From Cyanobacteria bacterium SOY_34_metabat_3 (GTDB lineage Bacteria > Cyanobacteriota > Cyanobacteriia > Cyanobacteriales > Microcoleaceae), in NCBI GenBank assembly GCA_031399265.1, contig JANNOR010000280.1:15378-79377 (forward strand): a DNA stretch of 64,000 nt, read 5' to 3'. Under the pieces are notes generated by a model. That model had not been told where the DNA came from and did no database searches. It saw only the letters and a program-made list of their open reading frames with translations. Position 1 is the stretch's first letter, and each line of letters opens with the position of its first letter. Below, in pieces: positions 30,082-38,374 of this stretch. Made by a program: the position numbers and the translations under genes.

Positions 30082-30618
30082 ATGAGTATTGAAAAAATTG
30101 TTGAACAAGCTTTGCAAGATGGCTATTTAACGCCGTCTATGGAGGCTGAGGTGGGACGGATCTGCAACACGGCTTCTGAATTGTCGATCGAAGAGTACAT
30201 GGCTCTCGATCGCCTGATGGGAGCTTTGTTGACTGGGGAAGTTGTGGTTCTGCCGCGCAAACAGTTCATCAACGTAATGGAAGAGTTGGTGCTGAGCGAT
30301 GCGATCGCTAGGGTGGCAGAAATTGAGGCGACGAGCGACCTGAGTCTGGATGTGGGAGATATTGCGGCTTATGCTTTAAATAGGCTGCCGCCTCTGTACG
30401 CGACGACGGAAGAGGGAGCTCACTTTCAAAGGGCTAGGGCTAAAGAGCAACTTCACGATTTGATTTCCAAAGAAGTCAACGCAGCGATCGCCCGCAACTT
30501 GGATAGGCCAGACACCCCAAACCCCACAGCTTTGGGCAAGTCTTCTGGAAACGAAGTTCTTTCACAGCTAAGCACTTGGCTGCAAGCTAACGCCACTAAT
30601 TTTGAGCCGAATCCCTAG
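30082..30618 (+). CDS. ComFB domain protein (CdgR-like cyclic dinucleotide receptor)
   Basis: MSIEKIVEQALQDGYLT..., DIAAYALNRLPPLYATT; start ATG 30082. Confidence 0.82.
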   Translation: MSIEKIVEQALQDGYLTPSMEAEVGRICNTASELSIEEYMALDRLMGALLTGEVVVLPRKQFINVMEELVLSDAIARVAEIEATSDLSLDVGDIAAYALNRLPPLYATTEEGAHFQRARAKEQLHDLISKEVNAAIARNLDRPDTPNPTALGKSSGNEVLSQLSTWLQANATNFEPNP

Positions 30619-30653
30619 GCTCGCACCCAACGGCCCTATCTTGATTTAAGTCG

Positions 30654-30690
30654 ATCCCGCTCTATTTACAAAGCGGGATTTCTAGTTTTT
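30654..30690 (+). terminator. Intrinsic terminator after the ComFB gene
   Basis: ATCCCGCT / AGCGGGAT stem followed by T-rich tail. Confidence 0.6.
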
Positions 30691-30814
30691 GAGCAACCGA
30701 CATTCATCGGTCGGTAGAAGCCAGAAGCCAGAAGCCAGAAGCCAGAAGCCAGAATTCAATAACAAACAATGAGAATTTAAGAATTTTATTTAGTTGTTAC
30801 TTAAAAAAAAAATC

Positions 30815-30955
30815 GGCGTTGCTGATTTGGAGTATGATTCATCTCCGGAATTTAGTAGGGGCAATTCTTGAATTGCCCGGGCAATTCATGAATTGCCCCT
30901 ACTAAATTTCAGGGATTCACTCGCCGAGTGAATCATACCTAAATTCACCAACGCC
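30815..30955. repeat. MITE-like element with terminal IR GGCGTTG...CAACGCC and an internal REP
   Basis: Internal GTAGGGGCAATTC..GAATTGCCCCTAC palindrome 30855-30902. Confidence 0.7.
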
Positions 30956-30993
30956 AAAAACTCCTCTTCCCTCTTCCTTCTTCCTTCAAACGA

Positions 30994-31707
30994 TTAATTG
31001 TTGCTGTCAGAAGAGTCTGCCGAGGGGCTAGCTACAACTTTTGTATCTCGCTTTTCGCGTTTTTTCCGTTCCGCTTGGATGACATCTTGAAGCACTATTC
31101 GCGCTTGAGCCATTTTTTCCAAATTGCTGCGGTACAAATCTAAATCTTTACTAACTTTGTCTTCAGGTAAGTGTAAGGCCGCACTAACTTTGGCGATCGC
31201 GTCGTTTCGCGTTTCCTGGTCTTTTACCATGTCGGCGTCAGCTTTTTCTAACAGCGAGAACAAACCGATCGCGAATAAGCGGCTGTACTTAAATTGAGGG
31301 TTGCTGGCGATCGCCTCTAAAGACGCTTGCAAATCTGCTGTATCTTCAAAGCTAGTAGAGCGATCGAGCCACGAGAGCAACTCAGAGCCGGAAAGTCGCT
31401 CTGCCAAGCTTTCCAATCGGTGAGCGTCAAGCTTGTAACGATCGGGGTCTTCCTCTAAAGACTTGCACAAACCGTTAAAAATCGAAACTCGGTCTGCTTC
31501 AGGGGCGTACCCGAGCATGAACCGATCGAAAGCTGTCACCACACCCAAAGCATAAATCGGGTCGTATTGAAAACCGGCATTCGCCGAAAGCAAGTGCATT
31601 TCTACCATCAACTCTTCTACCACTCGACGGTAAATTGAGTTGATCGGTCGAGTGTGAATCGTATAGAAACTTCGCTTAGTATCTGAAACAGTACGGTTAT
31701 TGTTCAC
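30994..31707 (-). CDS. psb29: Photosystem II biogenesis protein Psb29/Thf1
   Basis: RTVSDTKRSFY..RPINSIYRRVVEELMVEMHLL, FKYSRLFAIGL. Confidence 0.96.
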   Translation of the reverse strand: MNNNRTVSDTKRSFYTIHTRPINSIYRRVVEELMVEMHLLSANAGFQYDPIYALGVVTAFDRFMLGYAPEADRVSIFNGLCKSLEEDPDRYKLDAHRLESLAERLSGSELLSWLDRSTSFEDTADLQASLEAIASNPQFKYSRLFAIGLFSLLEKADADMVKDQETRNDAIAKVSAALHLPEDKVSKDLDLYRSNLEKMAQARIVLQDVIQAERKKREKRDTKVVASPSADSSDSNN

Positions 31708-32045
31708 CTGAGTCTTATAGATAATAATTCTGCCGTAGCGGGCTATCCGAGCGGCATGAGTAAAGTCGGGGGAGTTAATGTGCGATCGGACTGACCATAA
31801 TTGCCAGTTTTTTTTAAGCGGTGCTGTCGGAAACCAGGCAAAATTTTATCAAAAAGATTTTACGGGCGATCGACAGCAACAATTAATTTGTCGCACTACC
31901 AGAGCAAAACCCCAGTATCTTTACAATAATAGCTCTTCTGGGATCGCACAGAAATCTAATCTTCTCAGTTTCGCAGCAAGTTCTGGCAAGACATATCACA
32001 ATAAGTTTTTACTGTCAATCCCAAATTCTCAAAATTCAAACAAAC

Positions 32046-32666
32046 ATGACAATTTCTCCTGAATTAAGAGCGTTAGCCCAGTACATGGCCGGCGAATTTG
32101 ATAACCGGGAACAAGCGCTAGCAGACCCGGCTTGGTACGTGCACCTGCGTTTCTGGCAAAGACCCTTGCCCGTTTCCCTGTTTGCCGAACCCAGTATTGC
32201 TCTGTTTGCCGAACAAGCCAATATTCTGGAATTGGACAAACCATACCGCCCGCGCATCGTGCAACTAAGGCACTCACAGACAGCGCCAGGACTTATAGAA
32301 GCTCAGTATTATATGTTTAAGGATATTGAAGCGGTTAAAGGGTCTGGTCGCGATCGCGATTTGTTAAGAAAACTCACTCGCGAGCAAATCGAGATCCTTC
32401 CCGGCTGCACTCTCTCCGTTGCAGTGCAAAATTTAGGCTTAAACGGCTATCGCTTTCGCGCATCTTTGCCGGAGGGAAATCTCTGCGGCTTTACCTACGG
32501 TGGGCAAAATTTCCAAGTAGACTTGGGATTTGAAGCCAGCGCCGAGGGATTTTTCAGCTACGACAAAGGAATCAGCCCCACGACAGGTAAAGCTATTTGG
32601 GGAGCTTTAATGGGCCCTTTTAGATATGTCAAGCGTCAGGATTTTGCTTCTGAAATATTGGTTTGA
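32046..32666 (+). CDS. cpcT: Phycobilin chromophore lyase CpcT/CpeT
   Basis: AGEFDNREQALADPAWYVHLRFWQRP, YDKGI, WGALMGPF. Confidence 0.88.
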   Translation: MTISPELRALAQYMAGEFDNREQALADPAWYVHLRFWQRPLPVSLFAEPSIALFAEQANILELDKPYRPRIVQLRHSQTAPGLIEAQYYMFKDIEAVKGSGRDRDLLRKLTREQIEILPGCTLSVAVQNLGLNGYRFRASLPEGNLCGFTYGGQNFQVDLGFEASAEGFFSYDKGISPTTGKAIWGALMGPFRYVKRQDFASEILV

Positions 32667-32760
32667 ACTCAGAAAAAAGCCAGGAAAAAAGCAATGCCGG
32701 TTGATTGACAGCAAGCGGTTTGTGACATTTGGGATCGTACATCACTGACATTTTGCAGTA

Positions 32761-32897
32761 ATATCAATTCCACTTGCATTAGAATTCATATCACCCGAAA
32801 TCAGGACACGGCAGTGCCGTTTCCCTACAATTAATGGGGCGCAAGAAACGGCACTGCCGTGTCCTCTATATTATTCAGGGGCAGCCGGAATTGATAT
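32761..32897. repeat. MITE-like element with terminal IR ATATCAATTCC...GGAATTGATAT
   Basis: Internal REP GACACGGCAGTGCCGT / ACGGCACTGCCGTGTC; related copies at 35775-35865, 36121-36388 and about 46535-46630. Confidence 0.75.
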
Positions 32898-32924
32898 AAG
32901 TAATTGCTTATATTTTTCCATAAG

Positions 32925-32960
32925 AAAAGGAAGCAGGTAAATCCTTACCTGCTTCCTTTT
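32925..32960. terminator. Bidirectional intrinsic terminator
   Basis: AAAAGGAAGCAGGTAA-ATCC-TTACCTGCTTCCTTTT perfect hairpin between convergent genes. Confidence 0.8.
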
Positions 32961-33038
32961 GTTCTGATAGGTTCCTGCGCGCTTCGGAGTCTCAAGCTCG
33001 CATAGCTATTAAACCGCAACCGATAAAAGCAGGAGTGC

Positions 33039-33401
33039 TCAACTGGCGCGTGGAACCCCCTCTAGAGCTTCTTCTTCAGTTTCAAATATTTCAAACACAG
33101 AATCCATCATGGTGACTTCAAACACCAGTTTGGCTTCGGGATGAACATTGCAAATTCGGAAACTACCCTTAACTTTATCCGCATCGCGCATACCTGCGAC
33201 TAACGAGGTCAGGCCAGAACTATCGATAAAGTTTACCTGACCAAGATTCACGACGACATGGCGGCTGAGTTTGGAAATACACTCTTGCAACTTGAGGCGG
33301 AATTGCCAAGCTGTCGTGATGTCCAACCGTCCTGTCGGTGCTAAGACGATAACTGTTGTACCGTCAGATAGCGTGTGGGTTTTTTGATCAATATGAATCA
33401 C
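33039..33401 (-). CDS. STAS domain anti-sigma factor antagonist
   Basis: GRLDITTA, VNFIDSSGLTSLV. Confidence 0.9.
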   Translation of the reverse strand: MIHIDQKTHTLSDGTTVIVLAPTGRLDITTAWQFRLKLQECISKLSRHVVVNLGQVNFIDSSGLTSLVAGMRDADKVKGSFRICNVHPEAKLVFEVTMMDSVFEIFETEEEALEGVPRAS

Positions 33402-33477
33402 TGACCCTGCCCTCAAATTTATGACTATTTATCACGGTGGTTACTTGCTCAGTCAGTTTAACTCACTTCAGTGACTG

Positions 33478-34506
33478 CTAAGGCATCCAATTCGCCCAAT
33501 CTTGCGGTTTTAAGAACTTTGAGTATAGTTCGGCTTCTGGAGAGTTGGGTTCTGGCTCGAAGCAATATTCCCAGCGTACCAGAGGTGGCAGGGACATCAG
33601 AATCGATTCGGTGCGTCCGTTGGTCTGCAAGCCAAAGGTCGTGCCCCGATCGTACACTAAGTTAAATTCAACGTAGCGGCCGCGGCGGTAAAGTTGGAAG
33701 TCGCGCTGGCGATCGCCATACTCTTGCGATCGACGCTTGTCAACAATTGGGGTGTAGGCCGGCAAAAATGACCTACCGCAGTCCTGTACGAAGGCGAAAA
33801 GCGACTCCCAACTCCTAGGTTCCGGCATCCCAATCTTCTTGCTGCACTCAGCGGCCTTTCCTTTGACATTCTGGTCGCGGTAAAGCGGGCCTTGAGCGTT
33901 TTGGTAGTCAAAAAACAGACCGCCCACACCGCGAGTTTCTTGACGGTGCGGGAGATAGAAATATTCGTCGCACCAGAGTTTAAATGTCGGATAATATCCG
34001 GGATGGTGGCGATCGCAAGCTGCTTTCAGAGTTTTGTGAAAATGAGCTGCATCTTCAGCAAACGGGTAATAAGGAGTCAAATCGACACCGCCGCCAAACC
34101 ACCAAATCGGCCCAGCCTCAAAATAGCGGTAATTCAGGTGAACCGTAGGCAAGTAGGGACTGCGGGGATGCAGCACCATCGAAGTGCCAGTGGCATAGAA
34201 ATCGTGACCGGCCGCTTCTGGGTGCTTTGCCAGAATCAAAGCCGGCAAACTTTCGCCCCACACTTGGGAAAAATTGACTCCGCCTTGTTCAAACACATCG
34301 CCTTCGCGCATGACGCGAGAACGTCCGCCGCCCCCTTCGGAACGTTCCCAAGAGTCCTCTTTAAATTTGCCGCCGCCGTCGAGCTGTTCGAGGGATTGAC
34401 AAATTTCGTCTTGTAGGCTTTTCATAAACTGGCTGACTCTAGCTCTAGAGTCAGCGGGCGGCAAAAACGGGGAAGTGGCTGTTTTAAGAGTTGTAGAAAC
34501 TGTCAT
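33478..34506 (-). CDS. hemF: Oxygen-dependent coproporphyrinogen III oxidase
   Basis: [40 protein letters not shown]; start ATG 34506. Confidence 0.97.
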   Translation of the reverse strand: MTVSTTLKTATSPFLPPADSRARVSQFMKSLQDEICQSLEQLDGGGKFKEDSWERSEGGGGRSRVMREGDVFEQGGVNFSQVWGESLPALILAKHPEAAGHDFYATGTSMVLHPRSPYLPTVHLNYRYFEAGPIWWFGGGVDLTPYYPFAEDAAHFHKTLKAACDRHHPGYYPTFKLWCDEYFYLPHRQETRGVGGLFFDYQNAQGPLYRDQNVKGKAAECSKKIGMPEPRSWESLFAFVQDCGRSFLPAYTPIVDKRRSQEYGDRQRDFQLYRRGRYVEFNLVYDRGTTFGLQTNGRTESILMSLPPLVRWEYCFEPEPNSPEAELYSKFLKPQDWANWMP

Positions 34507-34695
34507 AAAATTTCTGTTGTCAGATTTGAGTTTTAGATGGGCGATGATTCCCAAATCCAGTCGTCCTGTAATTATGCCACCGCAGGTCTGCAAATGATCG
34601 CAATGAAGATACATTAAAAAATAGCAACAAAAATATACTTAAACTTGCGATCGAACATTCGCTGACCCAATTGCAGAGCTATCGTGGAGAACACA

Positions 34696-35766
34696 ATGCC
34701 CAATACACTCGATATTAGTTCAGTCTTAGAAATCCTGCGACCCGTGCAAGACCCCGAACTGCAAAAAAGTTTGGTGGAATTGAACATGATTCGTAACATC
34801 AAAATTGACGGCGGTGTTGTCAGTTTTACTTTAGTGCTGACAACGCCTGCTTGCCCGCTGCGAGAATTTATTGTCGAAGATTGCCAAAAAGCGGTCAAAC
34901 AGTTGCCAGGAGTCGAAACAGTGGCGGTGGAGGTGACAGCCGAGACACCGAAGCAGAAAGGAATGGTCGATCGCCAAGGCATTGAAGGCGTTAAAAATAT
35001 CATCGCAATTTCCAGCGGCAAAGGCGGAGTCGGCAAAAGCACAGTGGCGGTAAATGTAGCCGTAGCGCTGGCGCAAACCGGCGCTAAAGTCGGTTTGCTG
35101 GATGCGGATATCTATGGGCCCAACGACCCGAATATGTTGGGTTTGGGAGATGCGAAAGTGATGGTTAGGGACGGAAAAAGCGGAGAAAGTCTCGAACCCG
35201 CCTTTAATTACGGCGTCAAATTGGTGTCGATGGCGTTTTTAATTGAGAAAGACCAGCCTGTAATTTGGCGCGGCCCGATGTTGAACGGGATCATCCGGCA
35301 GTTTCTGTATCAGGTGAATTGGGGCGATTTAGATTATCTGATTGTGGATATGCCTCCGGGTACTGGAGACGCGCAGTTGACGATGGCGCAAGCGGTGCCG
35401 ATGGCTGGTGTGGTGATTGTGACTACGCCGCAGACGGTGGCTTTGTTGGACTCCCGCAAGGGGTTGAAGATGTTCCAGCAGTTGGGTGTGTCGGTGTTGG
35501 GAATTGTGGAAAATATGAGCTATTTTGTGCCGCCGGATATGCCAGATAAGCAATATGATATTTTCGGTTCCGGCGGCGGGGAAAGGACGGCTGCTGAGTT
35601 GGGAGTGCCGCTGTTAGGCCGCATTCCGCTGGAAATTCCGCTGCGGGAAGGTGGCGATTCCGGTGTACCGATCGTCGTGGGACAACCGGATTCTGCTTCG
35701 GCGAGGGAGTTGCGGGCGATCGCCGGTCGGATTGCTGGTAAAGTTTCCGTAGCAGCCTTAGCCTAA
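34696..35766 (+). CDS. mrp: Mrp/NBP35 (ApbC) Fe-S cluster carrier ATPase
   Basis: SSGKGGVGKST, DADIYGP, WRGPM, VDMPPGTGD. Confidence 0.93.
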   Translation: MPNTLDISSVLEILRPVQDPELQKSLVELNMIRNIKIDGGVVSFTLVLTTPACPLREFIVEDCQKAVKQLPGVETVAVEVTAETPKQKGMVDRQGIEGVKNIIAISSGKGGVGKSTVAVNVAVALAQTGAKVGLLDADIYGPNDPNMLGLGDAKVMVRDGKSGESLEPAFNYGVKLVSMAFLIEKDQPVIWRGPMLNGIIRQFLYQVNWGDLDYLIVDMPPGTGDAQLTMAQAVPMAGVVIVTTPQTVALLDSRKGLKMFQQLGVSVLGIVENMSYFVPPDMPDKQYDIFGSGGGERTAAELGVPLLGRIPLEIPLREGGDSGVPIVVGQPDSASARELRAIAGRIAGKVSVAALA

Positions 35767-35919
35767 ATTACATTGGAATTAACATTACCCGAAATCAGGA
35801 GACGGCATTGCCGTGTCCCTACCTGATTATTTTGGGGTAGGGAGACGGCATTGCCGTCTCCGAACTCGATCGCCAAGAAACGGTAAACTATAAACAGCAA
35901 ACATCACATACAAAAAATT

Positions 35920-36111
35920 ATGATTTTTCCTGGATCGGCAGTTCGAGTTAAAGATAAGGGCGAGATTTACTACGCTTTTCAAGGACAAGTCCAGCGAGTT
36001 ACCGATGGGAAAGTCGCGGTATTGTTTGAAGGCGGAAATTGGGACAAGTTAATCACTTTCCGGCTCTCGCAGTTGGAACTTGTGGATGCTACTGCTGGCC
36101 GCGCTAAGTAG
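35920..36111 (+). CDS. ndhS: NDH-1 subunit NdhS
   Basis: [34 protein letters not shown]. Confidence 0.95.
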   Translation: MIFPGSAVRVKDKGEIYYAFQGQVQRVTDGKVAVLFEGGNWDKLITFRLSQLELVDATAGRAK

Positions 36112-36120
36112 TCATTAGTC

Positions 36121-36520
36121 ATATCAATTCCGGCGGTGCCGGAATGATCAGCGGGGAGCATCCCATTTTTGCAAAAATACTCGTAGGGGCGAAGCATTTC
36201 GGCAGTAAATCTCTGGTTATCACTAATAAATTATCTGCCGAAATGCTTCGCCCTTTCCAAATTGAGATGCACCCGATAAGCGAGGACACTCAAGATGCCG
36301 TTTCCCTAGCGTAATTAATCGTAGGGACACGGCAGTGCCGTGTCCTGATTTGGGGTAATATTAATTCCGATGCAACCGGAATTGATATCATTAGTAATAC
36401 CAAATCCGGTTGAGAAACCTCTTTCGATCAGAATCGGCGGTTGAAACTGCTGCTAAATAAACGAATTTGTCCTTCGCTGACTCAAGAATAAATCGGTATT
36501 AAAGTCGGATTTGGTAAAAT
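36121..36520. repeat. Nested cluster of MITE/REP elements
   Basis: GGTGCATCTC-family copy (36155-36273) lies inside an ATATCAATTCC-family copy (36121-36388), followed by TACCAAATCCG...CGGATTTGGTA. Confidence 0.75.
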
Positions 36521-36596
36521 TAGTTTCTGCGTAATTCCTGCGATCGCTAATAACTGATAACTGATAACTCATAACTCATAACTCATAACTAAAACT

Positions 36597-37265
36597 ATGC
36601 GTTTACCTTTACCCCAATTTGCGACAAAAGAGCGCCATCCCGATCGCATTGCTGAAGTCATCGAGACAGCTACTTCGGAGTTTTTGGCTCAATGTTTGGA
36701 ACCGGAAGACTTGAGTTTTCCGGCGATGCCGCCTTTTGGGAGTTGGGTGAAGGCCCAGGATGAAGAGTCGAAAAATCAAATCTACGGTGTGGTTTACTAC
36801 GCGACGACTAGCCCGATCGACTCGGTGCACAGAGCTCGGGCTTTGGGTTTGTCGCTGGAAGAGTTGCGGGAAGAACAACCGCAGATTTTTGCGATGCTCA
36901 AAACCGAGTTTCGAGTGGCGATTGTGGGGTTTGAGACTGCGCCGGAAAGGTTCAACGGGCACGGCCCATCCAGGGGTAAAATTTATCAGTATTTGCCGCC
37001 GCGCCCGCCACAAATTCACCAGGCGGTTTATCGCTGCGAACCCGATGAGGTGGTTGATTTTACGGTACAGTTGGACTTTTTGAGGACGCTGCTGGGAGTG
37101 ACTAATGCGCCGGTAGATGCGCTGACGGCGGCGACGATTCGGGAGATTTATCAGTTGCGGATGCGCGATCGATCTTGGTTGGTGGAAGCGGGGAGGAGTT
37201 TGAGTGTTTTGTTGAAGGATGATTACGACAGATTGAGGGTGATTTTGAGTCAGATTCATCCGTAG
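36597..37265 (+). CDS. Conserved cyanobacterial protein (HAS-barrel-like)
   Basis: AEVIETATSEFLAQC, MPPFGSWV, YLPPRPPQIHQAVY. Confidence 0.7.
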   Translation: MRLPLPQFATKERHPDRIAEVIETATSEFLAQCLEPEDLSFPAMPPFGSWVKAQDEESKNQIYGVVYYATTSPIDSVHRARALGLSLEELREEQPQIFAMLKTEFRVAIVGFETAPERFNGHGPSRGKIYQYLPPRPPQIHQAVYRCEPDEVVDFTVQLDFLRTLLGVTNAPVDALTAATIREIYQLRMRDRSWLVEAGRSLSVLLKDDYDRLRVILSQIHP

Positions 37266-37267
37266 CG

Positions 37268-37300
37268 AAAAGAGGACTGTTAATCTTATTAGTCCTCTTT
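37268..37300. terminator. Bidirectional terminator
   Basis: AAAGAGGACT / AGTCCTCTTT stem between convergent genes. Confidence 0.7.
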
Positions 37301-37311
37301 ATTCATCGCAC

Positions 37312-37524
37312 TTATTCCCCTACTTTTTCTTGCAATCGGCGATATTTGCCATCTAAACGTTCCTGTCGCTGACGGCGATTATCAGCTTCTAACATTGCGA
37401 GCACTTCATCTAATTTTAAATTGACCAAATCAAGCTGCTGGCAAACTTTACGTATCCCAGCAACATTTCGCTGTCTTGTCTCTAAATCTGGTATTCTGGA
37501 CTGTTGAGTCATGGCAGGTTCCAA
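37312..37524 (-). CDS. Small coiled-coil hypothetical protein
   Basis: 70-aa ORF overlapping the upstream gene. Confidence 0.55.
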   Translation of the reverse strand: MEPAMTQQSRIPDLETRQRNVAGIRKVCQQLDLVNLKLDEVLAMLEADNRRQRQERLDGKYRRLQEKVGE

Positions 37525-37853
37525 CTCCTTTTAATTTCTCGAATACTTGCTTCTGAGCCATCGGCTGCTGCTTCTGTCTCTGCGATCGTCCGATACAGAA
37601 ACTCTAGCACATCGGCTGTTGCTATCGGTTGAGATTCTGCCACCTGTTGCAAGATTCTGTGCAAACGGTTGTAGGGAATTCTCAGACGTTCCTTGACATT
37701 ATCAATTGCTTCTAACTCAGGCATTGTTTCCTCTGTTTCGCCAAATTGCTGTAAGAGGGAATATTCTGCTGCTGTTGCTGTGTCTAGAAGTGCGACTAAC
37801 CGCTGTTGCAATCTGAAAATAGTGCTGATAGTTTGGTCGGGTAATTTTGCCAT
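37509..37853 (-). CDS. Helical hypothetical protein
   Basis: 114-aa ORF MAKLPDQTISTIFRLQQRL. Confidence 0.7.
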   Translation of the reverse strand: MAKLPDQTISTIFRLQQRLVALLDTATAAEYSLLQQFGETEETMPELEAIDNVKERLRIPYNRLHRILQQVAESQPIATADVLEFLYRTIAETEAAADGSEASIREIKRSWNLP

Positions 37854-37944
37854 TAATTTGAATTTGGAGTGACAAATTATCAGTATAATAGCACTTCAGG
37901 ATAGCCAATCAGTCGGTCATAATTTATTTAAACCAAAAAATCAT

Positions 37945-38244
37945 ATGTGGGTAGAGATAACAGCCATAAATCAGATTCCAGAGTCGGATATTTTGAAGGC
38001 TAAAGTTGAGGGAATTTCACTAATTTTCAACCGTCAAGGTATGAATGTGACTTGTTACCGCAATGCTTGCACTCATTTGGAATATCCGCTGGACATGGGT
38101 AAGGTAAGTGACGGTATCATTACCTGTCCTTTTCACAAATTTCGGTACAAATTAGATACTGGTAAATGTTTGAATGCACCCGATTCGCTGGAATCTTATC
38201 CGGTGAAGATTGAGGGCGATCGCGTTTTTGTGGAAATAGATTAG
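37945..38244 (+). CDS. Rieske [2Fe-2S] ferredoxin
   Basis: CTHLEYP and CPFH ligand motifs. Confidence 0.9.
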   Translation: MWVEITAINQIPESDILKAKVEGISLIFNRQGMNVTCYRNACTHLEYPLDMGKVSDGIITCPFHKFRYKLDTGKCLNAPDSLESYPVKIEGDRVFVEID

Positions 38245-38374
38245 TTGCCCTTTTGTCACTCGGCGGTTGAAACCGCTACTACACAAACGAAGTCCGCCTT
38301 CGCGGACTAAAGAATGAATCTATCCGATCGATAATTCGGCGGTTCCAACCGCTGAATTATCGATTTTGTAGCTT

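Noticed and set aside
36609-37259. 216-aa antisense ORF (and similar shadows at 7505-8017, 33892-34416, 39407-40012)
   Set aside because: Fully overlaps a well-supported gene on the opposite strand
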